Source: Blastocatellia bacterium (lineage in GTDB: Bacteria > Acidobacteriota > Blastocatellia > UBA7656). Taken from it: a DNA stretch of 64,000 nucleotides. A program made the translations under genes and the position numbers. This document shows positions 49,182 to 60,212 of this stretch, piece by piece; position 1 is the stretch's first letter, and each line of letters starts with the position of its first letter. The stretch spans positions 105,682-169,681 of the forward strand of contig CAVXWP010000010.1 of NCBI GenBank assembly GCA_963765495.1, in the 5' to 3' direction. A model generated the notes under the pieces. The model ran no database searches. It was not told the DNA's origin and worked only from the letters and a program-made list of their open reading frames with translations.

Positions 49182-50621
49182 TCACTCAACCTCTTTGACT
49201 TCGGCTTCCGGCAACAGCGTTCTCATCTCGAAAATCGAGATCATCGGCAGGAAGCGAAGGAACAGAAACAGCAAAGCCACAAACATTCCGAGCGTCCCAA
49301 TGTAGGTAGCCCAGTCCCAGACCGTGCCCCGATACATCCCCCAGGACGACGGCAGAAAGTCGCGGTGCAGGCTCGTGACCACGATGATGAATCGTTCAAG
49401 CCACATGCCCACGCTCACGATGACCGCCACTATAAACAGGACCGGCACGCTGTTTCGCATGCGGCGCGACCACAGAATCTGCGGAGCCAGAATGTTACAG
49501 AAGATCAGCATCCAGTACTGGACCGCGTAAGGCCCGGTCATCCGGTTCCTGATCATGAAGCGCTCAAATTCATTTGCGCTGTACCAGCCAAAGAAGGCTT
49601 CCATCATGTAGCCGTAGCCGACTATCATTCCGGTCGCAAGCATTATCTTGGCCATGTTTCTCAGGTGCCGCATCGTGATGAAATCTTCCAGCCCGTAGAG
49701 CTTGCGAATCGGTATGGCCAGAAGTATCACCATCGCAAATCCGGCATATATCGCGCCCGCCACAAAGTAAGGCGGGAAGATAGTCGCGTGCCACCCCGGC
49801 ACTATGCCTATTGTGAAGTCGAAGCTTATGACCGTGTGAACCGAAAGGACGAGCGGCGTGGCAAGCCCCGCAAGCAGCAGGTAGGCCGTTTCATACCGCG
49901 CCCAGTGCCGCGCCGACCCTCGCCAGCCCATCGCAAGCATGCCGTAGACGACCTGCCCTCCACGGCTGCGCGCCCTGTCGCGCAAGGTAGCAAAGTCCGG
50001 TATCAATCCTATGAACCAGAACAGCGCCGACACGGTCGCGTATGTCGAGATGGCGAAGACGTCCCACATCAAGGGGCTGCGGAATTGCGGCCAGACCTTC
50101 ATCGTGTTCGGATAGGGAAAGAGCCAGTAGGCAAGCCACGGGCGGCCCGTGTGGAACACGGGGAAAATCCCCGCGCAGGCGACGGCAAACAGCGTCATCG
50201 CTTCGGCGAAGCGGTTGATCGAAGTTCGCCAATCCTGACGCAACAACAAGAGTATGGCCGAGATCAACGTGCCCGCGTGCCCTATGCCTATCCACCAGAC
50301 CAGATTGATGATGGCAAAACCCCAGCCTACCGGGATGTTGATTCCCCAGATGCCGACGCCTACCAGGACAAGTTCCGTAAGCGCGTAAAACAGCATCATG
50401 GTCAACAGAAAGGCGATGCCGAATCCGACGAACCACCAGCGCGGCGTCTTGCGCGTCAAGGCGATTGCGCTGATCTTTTCCGTGACCGATATAAACGTAT
50501 GACCCGGCCCGATTACAGGAGCAATCGTCGGCTCATCGCGCAAATGTTCGGGCACATACTCTTCTTCATCATCGAGCAGGCGCACGGGCGTACGCTCATC
50601 GTTTTGATCGTCTATGCTCAT
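49182..50621 (-). CDS. actC: Alternative complex III NrfD-type subunit (copy 2)
   Basis: VWWIGIGHAGTLISAIL, WRTSINRFAEAMT. Confidence 0.95.
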   Translation of the reverse strand: MSIDDQNDERTPVRLLDDEEEYVPEHLRDEPTIAPVIGPGHTFISVTEKISAIALTRKTPRWWFVGFGIAFLLTMMLFYALTELVLVGVGIWGINIPVGWGFAIINLVWWIGIGHAGTLISAILLLLRQDWRTSINRFAEAMTLFAVACAGIFPVFHTGRPWLAYWLFPYPNTMKVWPQFRSPLMWDVFAISTYATVSALFWFIGLIPDFATLRDRARSRGGQVVYGMLAMGWRGSARHWARYETAYLLLAGLATPLVLSVHTVISFDFTIGIVPGWHATIFPPYFVAGAIYAGFAMVILLAIPIRKLYGLEDFITMRHLRNMAKIMLATGMIVGYGYMMEAFFGWYSANEFERFMIRNRMTGPYAVQYWMLIFCNILAPQILWSRRMRNSVPVLFIVAVIVSVGMWLERFIIVVTSLHRDFLPSSWGMYRGTVWDWATYIGTLGMFVALLFLFLRFLPMISIFEMRTLLPEAEVKEVE

Positions 50622-50622
50622 T

Positions 50623-53600
50623 TTATCCCTCGTGCGTAGACTCTCCCTCCACGGGGTGTTGATCCCTTATATCCTGATTCGAGTTGCGAACCGACGACAG
50701 ATAAGTAGTCCGTGGTTTCGTGTTCAACTCCGCCAGCAGCCCATAGTTGCGCGGCTCCTGCTTCAATCTGGCGACTCGGCTGTTGGGATCGTTTATGTCG
50801 CCGAAAGTAATGGCTTCGGTTGGGCAGACCGCCTGGCACGCGGTCTTGATTTCGCCGTCGCGGACCTGGCGGTTTTCAATCTCCGAATTGATCTGAGCGT
50901 GCCTTATGCGCTGCACGCAATATGTGCATTTCTCCATCACGCCCCGGCTGCGAACCGTCACATCCGGGTTTCTCAGCAATTTCAGAGACGGCGTATCCCA
51001 ATCCTGAAAGAGGAGGAAATTGAACCGGCGAACCTTATACGGGCAGTTGTTGGAGCAGTAGCGCGTTCCCACGCATCGGTTATAGACCATGTCGTTCAGC
51101 CCTTCGGCGCTGTGGACCGTGGCCGCGACCGGGCAGACCAGTTCGCAGGGCGCGTTTTCGCAGTGCTGACACGGAACGGGCATGAAGTATGTATCAGGGT
51201 TTTCAACCGGCCCGCTGTAATAACTGTCGACTCTGAGCCAGTGCATCTCGCGGCTGCGCAGGACCTGCTCTTTGCCTACAACGGGGATATTGTTTTCAGA
51301 CTGACAGGCCACTACGCACGCGCTGCAACCTACGCACGAGTTCAGGTCAATCGCCATGCCCCAGGCATAACCTTTGTACTCGTAATCGGGATAAAGCGAC
51401 GGCTGCTTCTCTTCGTGCTCGCCGCCCTCGCCGTGTTCGAGATACTGTGTGAGCGGTTGGGAACGGACTATGTCACGGCCTTCCATCATGTGATGAAGCT
51501 GGGTGACGGCCAGCGGATAGGTGTCTCCGGTCTTTGTAAGACTCACCCCGCTGCTCGACCATAGCGCATCCGATGTTCGAATTTTGTATGCGTTAAAGCC
51601 TGTCCCCGACCCGACGCGACCCACATTCGTTCGGCCGTAACCCAGATGCACGGTGACGGAGTCATCCGGGTGCGCGGGCATCACGTAAACGGGAGCGATG
51701 ATTGATCGCCCCTTGTACTGCACTTCGACCGTGTCGGCTATGATCTCTCCGCCGGTCGGCCCGGCTTCGTTATTAAGACCGAGTCGCGAGGCCGTCGCGG
51801 GGCTTATCATCACGGCGTTATCCCAGGTCAGCTTTGTTATGGGCTTTGGCAATTCCTGAAGCCAGGCGTTGTTTGCAAAGCGACCGTCGTAAATAGTAGG
51901 GTCGGGCCGGAATAAGATTTCCAGTTCCCCGCCCGCGCCGCCCGTCTGAGCAGGCGCAGCCTGATTTAACGAATCGGCCTTTGCCGATACGGTCATTGGC
52001 GCTGCCTGTGTGTTTGGGATGATCCCATCGTGAAGCGCCTTGCGCCAGAACGCTTCGAAATCCCCGGAAACCGCTACAGGAACAGGCGCGGTTTGCGGAT
52101 GTGAAGCCGCTTGCCCTTGATTTGCCGCTTGCCCTTGATTTGCCGCTTGCCCCTGAGCAGCCGTCTGCCCCTGAACAGGTTGAGCGGACGGGCGCGGCGC
52201 GCCTCCACCTCTGTGAGCCTGCCAGTATTCCCGGACAGTATCGTAGCCCGATTGCTCGGGCTTATCGGTAAAGATCGCGAGCAACTCGTGCGGCGACTTG
52301 CCGTTGTAAAGCGGTGCGATCAGGGGTTGAACTATTGAAACGGTTCCGTCAAAAGCGCGCGTGTCGCTCCAGGTTTCGAGGTAGTGAGCCTGAGGAATGT
52401 GCCAGTGGCAGAGCAAGGCGGTCTCGTCTCTGTAAAGGCCCATGTGGACGCGAAGCGGAACCTTTGCCATCTGCGTGGCTATATCAAAATCAGATGGAGC
52501 GGTATAGGCCGGGTTGCTCCCGATGATTACGAGCACGTCAACCTTGCCCGAGGCCATATCCCGAACCAGTTCGCCAAGCGAAGCCAGTTTGATTTGTCGG
52601 GTTCGCCTCAACGGGTTCGATGTAATTGACGGTCGCGCCTACGTTTCCGAGAGCCTGATTCATGGCGTGCGCTAGAGCGTGGACCGCAGGCGACTGGTAA
52701 TCGCCCGCTATCACAAGGCTTGCGCCCCGATTTGCCGAAAGGTCGCGAGCCAGCGCGTCAATCCACTCTGAGTGACGGGAGGTGTCGGGGCTTTCGGCGG
52801 ACGCGCCGGTTTGAACGCCTACTTTCGCGGCCACGGCGCGAGCTACGGCTTCGATCTCGCCGGGTCTCAGCGCAAGGCGATGATCCGCCTTGGCTCCGGT
52901 GTTGCCGGGAGTCGTTTCGACGGCATAAAGGCGGCTCATCTCTTTTTTCTCGCCTTCGAGGCGGCGGGCGGCGGCAAACTCTCTGGCATAACGCAGGCTT
53001 GCCGGGCCGCAGGCCAGAAAGTCGGAGTCTATCGAGAAGACGACCCTGGCCTTATCAAAACTATAGAGAGTGTCTGCGTACTGGCCAAAGGCGAGACGCG
53101 AGCCTTCGCGGGCATTGTCGCGTCCGCCCGGGTCCCACTGATGCCATTTGGCCGAAGGGAAAGCCGCGAGCAGGTTCTTCATCTGATTGCCGAGAGTCGG
53201 AGAACAGACGGTCTCGGTCAGTATACGCAGACCCGTTCCGCCGATTGACGCCTGAGCCTGGACGGCCGGGCGTATGGCTCCGAGGAAATTGGAGTACGCC
53301 CTTATGTCTCCGAGATAAGTAACGGTCTGAGAGCGATCCGGGTCATAGAGGCCGAGCACGGATGCCTGTGACCAGAGATCGGTCGCGCCGAGGCTTGCCG
53401 GGTGGTCCGGGTTGCCTTCAATCTTGGTGGGCCGCCCCAGATGCGATTCTACGAGAAGGCCCGTCGCCACGCCGCTCATCTCCATAGCGGTTGCGAAAAA
53501 GAGCGGGCGTCCGGGGATAACATCTTCGGGCTGGCGCACATAAGGCGCGATGTATTCGGGCGGCTGGCGAGTGCAGGCCGTAACGCCCGCAAGGGCAAGA

Positions 53601-53866
53601 GAAGCGCCCATCAATTTCAGGAATTTCCGGCGGCCTACGGGGTCGTGCCACTCCGAAGCCTGCGAGGGAAACTCGCGATGCAGCAACTGCTGAAAGGCTT
53701 CCGTATCGGCCAGTTCTTCCAGGCTCCGCCAGTACTGTTTGCCCTCGGACGCGCTTAATCGTGAGCGAATCGCTTCAAGGTCAGGGTCTGTGTGTGGGGC
53801 GGTCTCTTCTATTGACGTCTCTTTGCCTCGTCGAATTCCACTCTCAAGCTGCACTAAATCACTCAT
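50623..53866 (-). pseudogene. actB: ActB copy 2 interrupted by a +1 frameshift (true lesion or assembly indel)
   Basis: ORFs 52538-53866 (GRRKFLK Tat motif) and 50623-52611 (FeS motifs) join into EANPTNQ-LASLGELVRDM if one A is removed from AAT CAA A CTG (T run 52588-52590); copy 1 reads EVNPTNQLESL. Confidence 0.85.
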
Positions 53867-53912
53867 CGTTTGATCCTCATCTAAGCTTGCCTTCGGGTCG
53901 AGCGTCTGGGTG

Positions 53913-54572
53913 TTACCTGTGACAGATACTGCAACTGGTCAGGGCGTAGGGACTTTGAATCTTGTACTCTGCGGCCAGACGCCGTCCCTCTTCTTCCTGA
54001 TTGGCGGGCGGTTCCCACGTCATATCAAAAATCTTATCGCGCGGGCGCAGATTCTTTTCCGGCGCGCGATGACAGGCCAGACACCACTCCATCTGAAGCG
54101 AGGCGACCTGATAAGTGAGCGCCATCTGGTCTACGCGCCCGTGGCAGGTCGAGCAACCCACGCCCTTGTTGACGTGGATGCTGTGATTGAAATAGACAAA
54201 CTCGGGCAGATCGTGCACCCTGCGCCAGATGATGGGCTTGCCGGTACGCCAGCTCTCGCGGACAGGTTCCAGATAAGGGCTGTTGGACCATATCTGGGAA
54301 TGGCAGTTCATGCAGGTCTTGGTGGGAGGGATACCGGCAAAAGACGACTTTTCGACCGAGGTGTGGCAATAGCGGCAATCGATCCCGTCATCCGAGACGT
54401 GATGCTTATGGCTGAACTGAACCGGCTGCTCGCGGGCATCATAAGCCCCCGTGTTGTATGACGACCGGGCGAATTCGCTTGTGAGCCAGAGCAATCCGGC
54501 GATCAGAAATATCGCGCCGAAGATGCTTACTCTGGAAAGAACGTTTGTACTGCGATGAAAGATTTGGGTCAT
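53913..54572 (-). CDS. actA: Alternative complex III pentaheme cytochrome c (copy 2)
   Basis: Start MTQIFHRS; CRYCH, CMNCH, CSTCH, CLACH, CSICH. Confidence 0.95.
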   Translation of the reverse strand: MTQIFHRSTNVLSRVSIFGAIFLIAGLLWLTSEFARSSYNTGAYDAREQPVQFSHKHHVSDDGIDCRYCHTSVEKSSFAGIPPTKTCMNCHSQIWSNSPYLEPVRESWRTGKPIIWRRVHDLPEFVYFNHSIHVNKGVGCSTCHGRVDQMALTYQVASLQMEWCLACHRAPEKNLRPRDKIFDMTWEPPANQEEEGRRLAAEYKIQSPYALTSCSICHR

Positions 54573-54980
54573 AGTCCGGTCATCCTTGAAAGCGATCAAA
54601 AATGAACAAAACTACCGAGGCTCGCGCTTCAGAGCCCGGACGGGTATCGCATATCACGCGAGCGTGCTGGAATCAGCCTTCTCGCTTGTTGAAAGAGGCA
54701 CCAGTTTCAAAGCATGCCCCAGGCCAGTGATGCTTAAATCGGGCAGGTTCGATCATACGATAATCGGAGATGCCAGCCTTTATGCCTAGAATCCAGCAGA
54801 ACACCTTAGTGTTTTAACCGAAAAGCTTATGCCGGTCAAATTCAGCCATAAAAGATTCAACACCTCCCCAGGAAAGTCCTTATAAATATCACTCCTCGCA
54901 CGAAAGGGCAATCTCTTTTCGTAAAATGAAGATGAAAATTTTCAGGGCCGTCAAATCCCCGTATCGAGCGAGACAAAATA

Positions 54981-55009
54981 TTGCGCCTCCCGAGGAGGAC
55001 GTGTATACT
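54981..55009 (+). promoter_or_regulatory. Sigma70-type promoter for tRNA-Glu
   Basis: TTGCGC-N17-TATACT, 22 nt upstream of the tRNA. Confidence 0.65.
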
Positions 55010-55031
55010 AGGGGGTCGAATGTGTCATTAT

Positions 55032-55105
<74 letters not shown>

Positions 55106-55120
55106 CTCATAATCAGATAG

Positions 55121-55163
55121 TAAAACCGGCCCGGAGGTTATACCTCCCGGGCCGGAAACATTT
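55121..55163 (+). terminator. Probable intrinsic terminator after the tRNA
   Basis: CCGGCCCGG-AGG...CCT-C-CCGGGCCGG hairpin followed by aaacatttt. Confidence 0.6.
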
Positions 55164-55353
55164 TCGGGCAAGCTCCCCGGGCAACCATTCTTTTTATTCA
55201 TTCTGACTGATCTTATAATTTTCATTCCATATCTGGAAAAAATGACGGGTTCGTCATTTCTATAGGTGGGACATTGATCTTATTTGCAAACAGGTGTTTC
55301 TGCCTCACCCAGGACTCTTGTAAAAACCGGGCATTTGCCCTGAGGGGGTCCAC

Positions 55354-55761
55354 ATGCAGAATAAGCCTTCCGATAGCAAACAATCGCCTGCCGCCAGAAA
55401 AAGAAGAAGATTTCAGGTGAACTGGTCCGTCATGGTCGTAGGCCGTGACACTACGGGGGCGAGTTTCATTGAGATGACGGTGCTTGAGAATATAAGCTCT
55501 CGCGGCGCTTATCTCTACATCGAGAAATTGGTCGAGGTAGGCGCGATTATTGATCTGTTGATCAAGCTGCCGCTCAAGTCTGACCGGTGGATGAAGTACA
55601 GCGGAGAGGTTGTAAGGACCGAAGACTCTTCGGCGGGGGTCGGCACGGCTATGGAATTCAAGCATTTCCGGCCTGAATTCGTCTCTTCCTCCGCAATTGT
55701 GAAATCTAAGAAGGACCAATTACCTCTATCACCCGGCCTATCTCTCCGGTTTCGAGCCTGA
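55354..55761 (+). CDS. Single-domain PilZ protein
   Basis: RKRRR (RxxxR) and ENISSRG ((D/N)xSxxG) c-di-GMP-binding motifs; GEVVR...GTAMEF. Confidence 0.8.
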   Translation: MQNKPSDSKQSPAARKRRRFQVNWSVMVVGRDTTGASFIEMTVLENISSRGAYLYIEKLVEVGAIIDLLIKLPLKSDRWMKYSGEVVRTEDSSAGVGTAMEFKHFRPEFVSSSAIVKSKKDQLPLSPGLSLRFRA

Positions 55762-55906
55762 CCTTTATTCCGTGGGGGTGGTAGGCCGATCTGGTAAGTA
55801 TATCTTTTACTATTCCGCGAGTCTTCCTGCCTGTTCGCTGGTCGGGCTTTAATATAATGTCTACTTCCAGCCCCGGATGAATCTCTTTTCGATGCTGATG
55901 GCTCAT
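55706..55906 (-). CDS. YwbE/DUF2196-family small protein
   Basis: IHPGLEVDIILKPDQRTGRKTRGIVKDILTRSAYHPHGIKVRLETGEIGRV. Confidence 0.85.
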   Translation of the reverse strand: MSHQHRKEIHPGLEVDIILKPDQRTGRKTRGIVKDILTRSAYHPHGIKVRLETGEIGRVIEVIGPS

Positions 55907-56020
55907 GGTCTCAATAGTAGCACCCGTCAACGCAAAACTTGAAGAATCAAATCAAAGCAGGCATTGCCCGCGTTATCAAGATTATGAAAGAATGAGAGCG
56001 TTCTGAGTATAAGAACTTTT

Positions 56021-56455
56021 GTGAGGTTGTATTTGCACTCTGTTCCCGGGAAATCGCACTATTACAGAAAAGGGTTAGACGCGGATTTTCGGGATGCGGA
56101 AGAGACTTATCATTTTCGAGCAAGCGGGAAATCGGTTTTGGTAGAGAAGAGGAAATGGTCCAGATACAGGATGTCGTCTCCGGTTAAAGTGGCAGGTGTA
56201 GATCGGGACGGAATCCCCTTCCAGAGCACAGGCATATTGTGCAACATCAGCGTGGGCGGAGCCTTCGCGCAGATTAATAGAGGACTTTGCCCCGGAGTGA
56301 GCGTAGAAGTAGCAATAGAGTTACCCTTGACCGGAGACAGGTGGATGAGCTACCCGGCAGAAGTCATCCGCGCAGAAAGCAATGAATCGGGAGCGGGCAT
56401 TGCTATAAGATTCACTTCCGGCTGGCCTGTTTTTACCAGGGGAACCGCCGGTTAA
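56021..56455 (+). CDS. Single-domain PilZ protein
   Basis: EKRKWSR (RxxxR) and CNISVGG; AEVIR...GIAIRF. Start may be downstream. Confidence 0.75.
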   Translation: MRLYLHSVPGKSHYYRKGLDADFRDAEETYHFRASGKSVLVEKRKWSRYRMSSPVKVAGVDRDGIPFQSTGILCNISVGGAFAQINRGLCPGVSVEVAIELPLTGDRWMSYPAEVIRAESNESGAGIAIRFTSGWPVFTRGTAG

Positions 56456-56487
56456 CACGTTGGGTTTTCGGGATTGAATTCTCTCGA

Positions 56488-56679
56488 CTATTTCAACGGC
56501 TCATCCCCCTCAACCCTCTTGAGCAAAGATAATCTGAGTTCACATTGCTGACGCAATTCACGCAGCCTTGCGATGTCACTCTCGCTGGCCGTCTGGTCGC
56601 AGTCGAGTTCTCGCCCGATATCGGCAAGCAGAGAGTTAAGCGCCGCCACGTTTCCCGCCAATCTTTTTCTGCTCTCCAT
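56488..56679 (-). CDS. Small hypothetical helical protein
   Basis: 63 aa with ATG and a purine-rich upstream sequence; no recognisable motif. Confidence 0.4.
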   Translation of the reverse strand: MESRKRLAGNVAALNSLLADIGRELDCDQTASESDIARLRELRQQCELRLSLLKRVEGDEPLK

Positions 56680-56870
56680 TGGCTATCCCCATCCCATCTT
56701 CTCAAACTATCCGCACTAAGTAAGAGATGCATGAGACTACCCTCAAATACCCCTTGAATTCTTGTATTCTTATTGCATTAGAGCCTGTTGAAATTTCAAT
56801 TCTTTTGCAGCCCGACTGATCCTATTTCGCAAGCCCTGCCTACAGGCGTACCTCTTTGCGATGTAGTAGC

Positions 56871-57025
56871 ATTGACCCGGTCATCGAAGCCTACAAAGAG
56901 ACGTAGACATCACTTTGATCCGGGGGAATCTAGAGCTTACTCCGACCGAGCGAATCGAAAAGCTGATGCGGCTTCAGGAGTTCGCCTCGGAATTGCGGCG
57001 CGCAGGAAAAGAACAGGCAAAATAA
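56871..57025 (+). pseudogene. Frameshifted small conserved hypothetical gene (DPVIEAYK-RDVDITLIRGNLELTPTERIEKL...)
   Basis: Adding one A at ~56896 yields IDPVIEAYKRDVDITLIRGNLELTPTERIEKLMRLQEFASELRRAGKEQAK*, a small-protein type I recall occurring next to nucleotidyltransferase genes. Confidence 0.5.
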
Positions 57026-57166
57026 TCCTCAGGCATCTTCCTGAGCCGTCTTCATCCACTATATCCTTCAGACAATTCCGCCTCGATGTGGCGCGACACC
57101 GGAAACAGGCTTAAACTTTGTATTCTGAATTTGCTATTATGCGAGAGCGCGGCTTACGGGAAGAGT

Positions 57167-60076
57167 ATGCCTAAGAATTTGCGCTCACAATTATTGCGTT
57201 ATGGCGGCGCGGTTCTGCTTGTCGCAATCGCTACGCTGGCCAGGGCGCTGCTCACTCCACTGATTGGAAACACCCTGCAATATTTCACCTATGTTCTGGC
57301 GGTGATTTTCGCGGCGTATTATTACCGGCTTGGTCCGGCGCTGGTTGCCACCGCGCTTGGAGCGGTTGCGGCCCGCTATTATTTCATCTCGCCGATATAC
57401 TCTCTTGCAATGACTGGCGGGATGGACTGGCTGAGACTGGTCACATATTTCACTATAGGCATTTCCGTCACCCTGTTGAGCGAGAGCGTACACAGAATCC
57501 GCATACGTGGCGAGCAGGCTGCGTTTTCGCTCAAACAACAGCACAAGTGGTTACAGGTGACGCTTGCAAGCATAGGCGATGCAGTCATCGCTACCGATGC
57601 CGAAGGCCGTATCACCTTTATCAACCGCGTAGCTCAGTCCCTTACGGGATGGACGCGATACGAAGCGGTAGGCAAACCGCTTGAAACAATCTTCAAGATA
57701 ATAGATGAACAAACTCGCGAGCCGATTGAGTCTCCGGCAAAACGCGTGATGCGCGAGCGATCCATCGTCGGGATGTCAAGTCGCGCTCTTCTCGTGGCGA
57801 GAGACGGAACCGAGATACCGATTGACGACAGCGGCGCGCCCATCGAAGACGACACAGGAAAGGTCGAGGGGGTTGTCCTGGTCTTTCGCGATATAACCGA
57901 CCGACAACGCGCCGACGAGGAGATGCGCAAAAGCGAGGAACGTTATCGCGAACTCTTCGAGAACGCAAACGACATAGTCTATACGCTCGACCTCGACGGC
58001 AATCTGACTTCAATCAATAAAAGGGGCGAGGAGATAACCGGGTACTCTCGCCAGGAGATTATCGGCCAGAACATAGCCCCTTTTATTGACCCGGGCGACG
58101 TTCAACTGATGCAGCAGGCGCTATTGCGCAAGCAGGATGGCGAACAGCTTACAGTTTACGAGATGAATTTGCTGGCAAATGGCGGACGCAAGGTCCGCCT
58201 CGAAGTCAGCAGCCGCCTGATTTACAAAAACGGCGACCCCGTGGGCATTCAGGGCATAGCCCGCGACATAACCGAACGTAAGCAGATAGCCGAGAGACAG
58301 AAATTTCTTGCCGAGGCCGGAACCGTTTTAGCTTCGTCGCTCGATTATGAGATCACGCTAAAAAACCTCGCCAGGCTTGCCACGCCCGCGCTCGCCGATT
58401 GGTGCACCGTGCACATACTGGAAGAGGGGGGAGATATTCGCCCTCTCGCAATCGCCTACTCAGACCCCTCGGCCGTCGAATTGATAAACCAGTTGCAAGA
58501 TAGTTATCCGCTCGATGAGAATGCGCCGCAGGGCGCTGCAAAAGTTATTCGCACGGGGGAGCCTGAATTTTATGCCGAAATCCCGGAATCGCTGCTCGAG
58601 CAAACGGCTCGCGATAAAGAACATTTGAAGTTTTTGCGCTCACTTGGGATGAAGTCGGCCATGATAGTCCCGTTGCAGGCGCGAGGAAGAACGCTCGGAG
58701 CGATGACATTTGTAACTACCGAATCAGGTCGCCATTACACGACCGCAGATTTCGAGATAGCCGGAGACCTGGCCCACCGCGCCGCGCTCGCCCTGGACAA
58801 CGCAAGGCTATATCACGAAGCCAAAACCGCTATCGAATCGCGCGAGGAAGCCCTCAATCTGCGCGATGAACTGCTGGTGCGCGAGCAGGTGGCCCGCGCC
58901 GAAGCCGAATCCGCCAACCGCGCTAAAGATGAGTTTCTGGCTACCGTATCGCACGAACTCCGCACCCCGCTCAATGCCATGCTCGGATGGGCGCACATGC
59001 TGCGAAAAGGGCTCGTCGTAGAGGAGGACACCGAACGCGCTCTTGAAACCATCGAGCGCAACGCAAGGGCGCAGGCCCAGATCATCGATGACATTCTGGA
59101 CGTTTCACGCATCATCACGGGCAAACTCAGATTGGATGTCCGTCCCGTCGAACTTGCTCCGATCATCGAGGAGGCGATCTTCTCGACGCAACCCGCGGCT
59201 GAAGCGAAAGAGATAGACCTTCAATTTTCGCTCGACCCGGGCACAAGCCCGGTCTCGGGCGACCCGGATCGCCTCCAACAGGTGGCGTGGAACCTGCTCG
59301 CTAATGCCGTCAAATTTACCCCGGGCGGCGGGCGAATCGAGGTGCGGCTTTGTCAGGTAGATTCTTACGCGCAACTCAGCATAAGCGATACGGGTCAGGG
59401 AATCGACCCTGAGTTTGTGCCTCGCGTCTTCGACCGTTTCCTTCAGGCCGACAGCACAAGCACACGTCTGCACGGCGGGCTGGGGCTGGGGCTTGCCATC
59501 GTGCGCTACCTCGTAGAGATGCACGGAGGCGAGGTTTCCGCCGAGAGCCCGGGACTCGGGCTTGGCTCAACCTTCACCGTAAGATTGCCCATTTTGACCG
59601 CGCGCCGAAAGGAGAGTCATCCTGAACTGGTCGAACGCCGAACGACCGAAGAGAGATCGGATGAACGGTCGCCTCTACTCGACGGCGTGCGAGTGCTTGT
59701 AGTTGATGATGACTCTGATACCCGCGAGATGGTGGCTCTGGCACTCGCCGAGCGGCAGGCAGACGTGAAGACATGTTCATCGGTCGGGGAGGCGCTCGAC
59801 GCTTTCAAAGAGTGGAAGCCGGATGTTCTTGTCTCTGATATACAGATGCCCGAACAGGACGGGTACGAGTTGATAACCGAGGTTCGCCACCTTGAGCGCG
59901 ACCGGGATGAGAAGATTCCCGCGGTCGCCCTGACGGCTTATGCGAGGAGCGAAGACCGCGCGCGCGCCCTCCAGCTGGGGTACAACGTTCACGTGTCAAA
60001 ACCCGTAGACCCGGCCGAACTGGTTATGGTCGTCGCCGGACTTGCCGGTCGCCTGGACAAAGTCGGCAACATATGA
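57167..60076 (+). CDS. Hybrid sensor histidine kinase (DUF4118 TM, PAS, PAS, GAF, HisKA, HATPase, REC)
   Basis: VTLASIGDAVIATD, FRDITDR, ADWCTVH GAF, SHELRTPL, NLLANAVKFT, GGLGLGL, VLVVDDD...SDIQMP; likely ATG at 57167. Confidence 0.93.
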   Translation: MPKNLRSQLLRYGGAVLLVAIATLARALLTPLIGNTLQYFTYVLAVIFAAYYYRLGPALVATALGAVAARYYFISPIYSLAMTGGMDWLRLVTYFTIGISVTLLSESVHRIRIRGEQAAFSLKQQHKWLQVTLASIGDAVIATDAEGRITFINRVAQSLTGWTRYEAVGKPLETIFKIIDEQTREPIESPAKRVMRERSIVGMSSRALLVARDGTEIPIDDSGAPIEDDTGKVEGVVLVFRDITDRQRADEEMRKSEERYRELFENANDIVYTLDLDGNLTSINKRGEEITGYSRQEIIGQNIAPFIDPGDVQLMQQALLRKQDGEQLTVYEMNLLANGGRKVRLEVSSRLIYKNGDPVGIQGIARDITERKQIAERQKFLAEAGTVLASSLDYEITLKNLARLATPALADWCTVHILEEGGDIRPLAIAYSDPSAVELINQLQDSYPLDENAPQGAAKVIRTGEPEFYAEIPESLLEQTARDKEHLKFLRSLGMKSAMIVPLQARGRTLGAMTFVTTESGRHYTTADFEIAGDLAHRAALALDNARLYHEAKTAIESREEALNLRDELLVREQVARAEAESANRAKDEFLATVSHELRTPLNAMLGWAHMLRKGLVVEEDTERALETIERNARAQAQIIDDILDVSRIITGKLRLDVRPVELAPIIEEAIFSTQPAAEAKEIDLQFSLDPGTSPVSGDPDRLQQVAWNLLANAVKFTPGGGRIEVRLCQVDSYAQLSISDTGQGIDPEFVPRVFDRFLQADSTSTRLHGGLGLGLAIVRYLVEMHGGEVSAESPGLGLGSTFTVRLPILTARRKESHPELVERRTTEERSDERSPLLDGVRVLVVDDDSDTREMVALALAERQADVKTCSSVGEALDAFKEWKPDVLVSDIQMPEQDGYELITEVRHLERDRDEKIPAVALTAYARSEDRARALQLGYNVHVSKPVDPAELVMVVAGLAGRLDKVGNI

Positions 60077-60212
60077 CCGTGTTGTAACCGAAGACGTACG
60101 GGCAAAAACCTCTAAAGCCACCGAAAGCCCCCATTCAAGCATCCCTAAAATTGGCGTTTATATCCGCACCCTTTCGATGGAATGACAAGACAGAAATGAG
60201 GAGGAAAACCTT

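Noticed and set aside
52105-52165. 18-bp tandem repeat inside actB copy 2 (and Q-rich repeats in actE copy 2)
   Set aside because: It is an in-frame low-complexity linker (AANQGQ) at a position where copy 1 also has a disordered insert.
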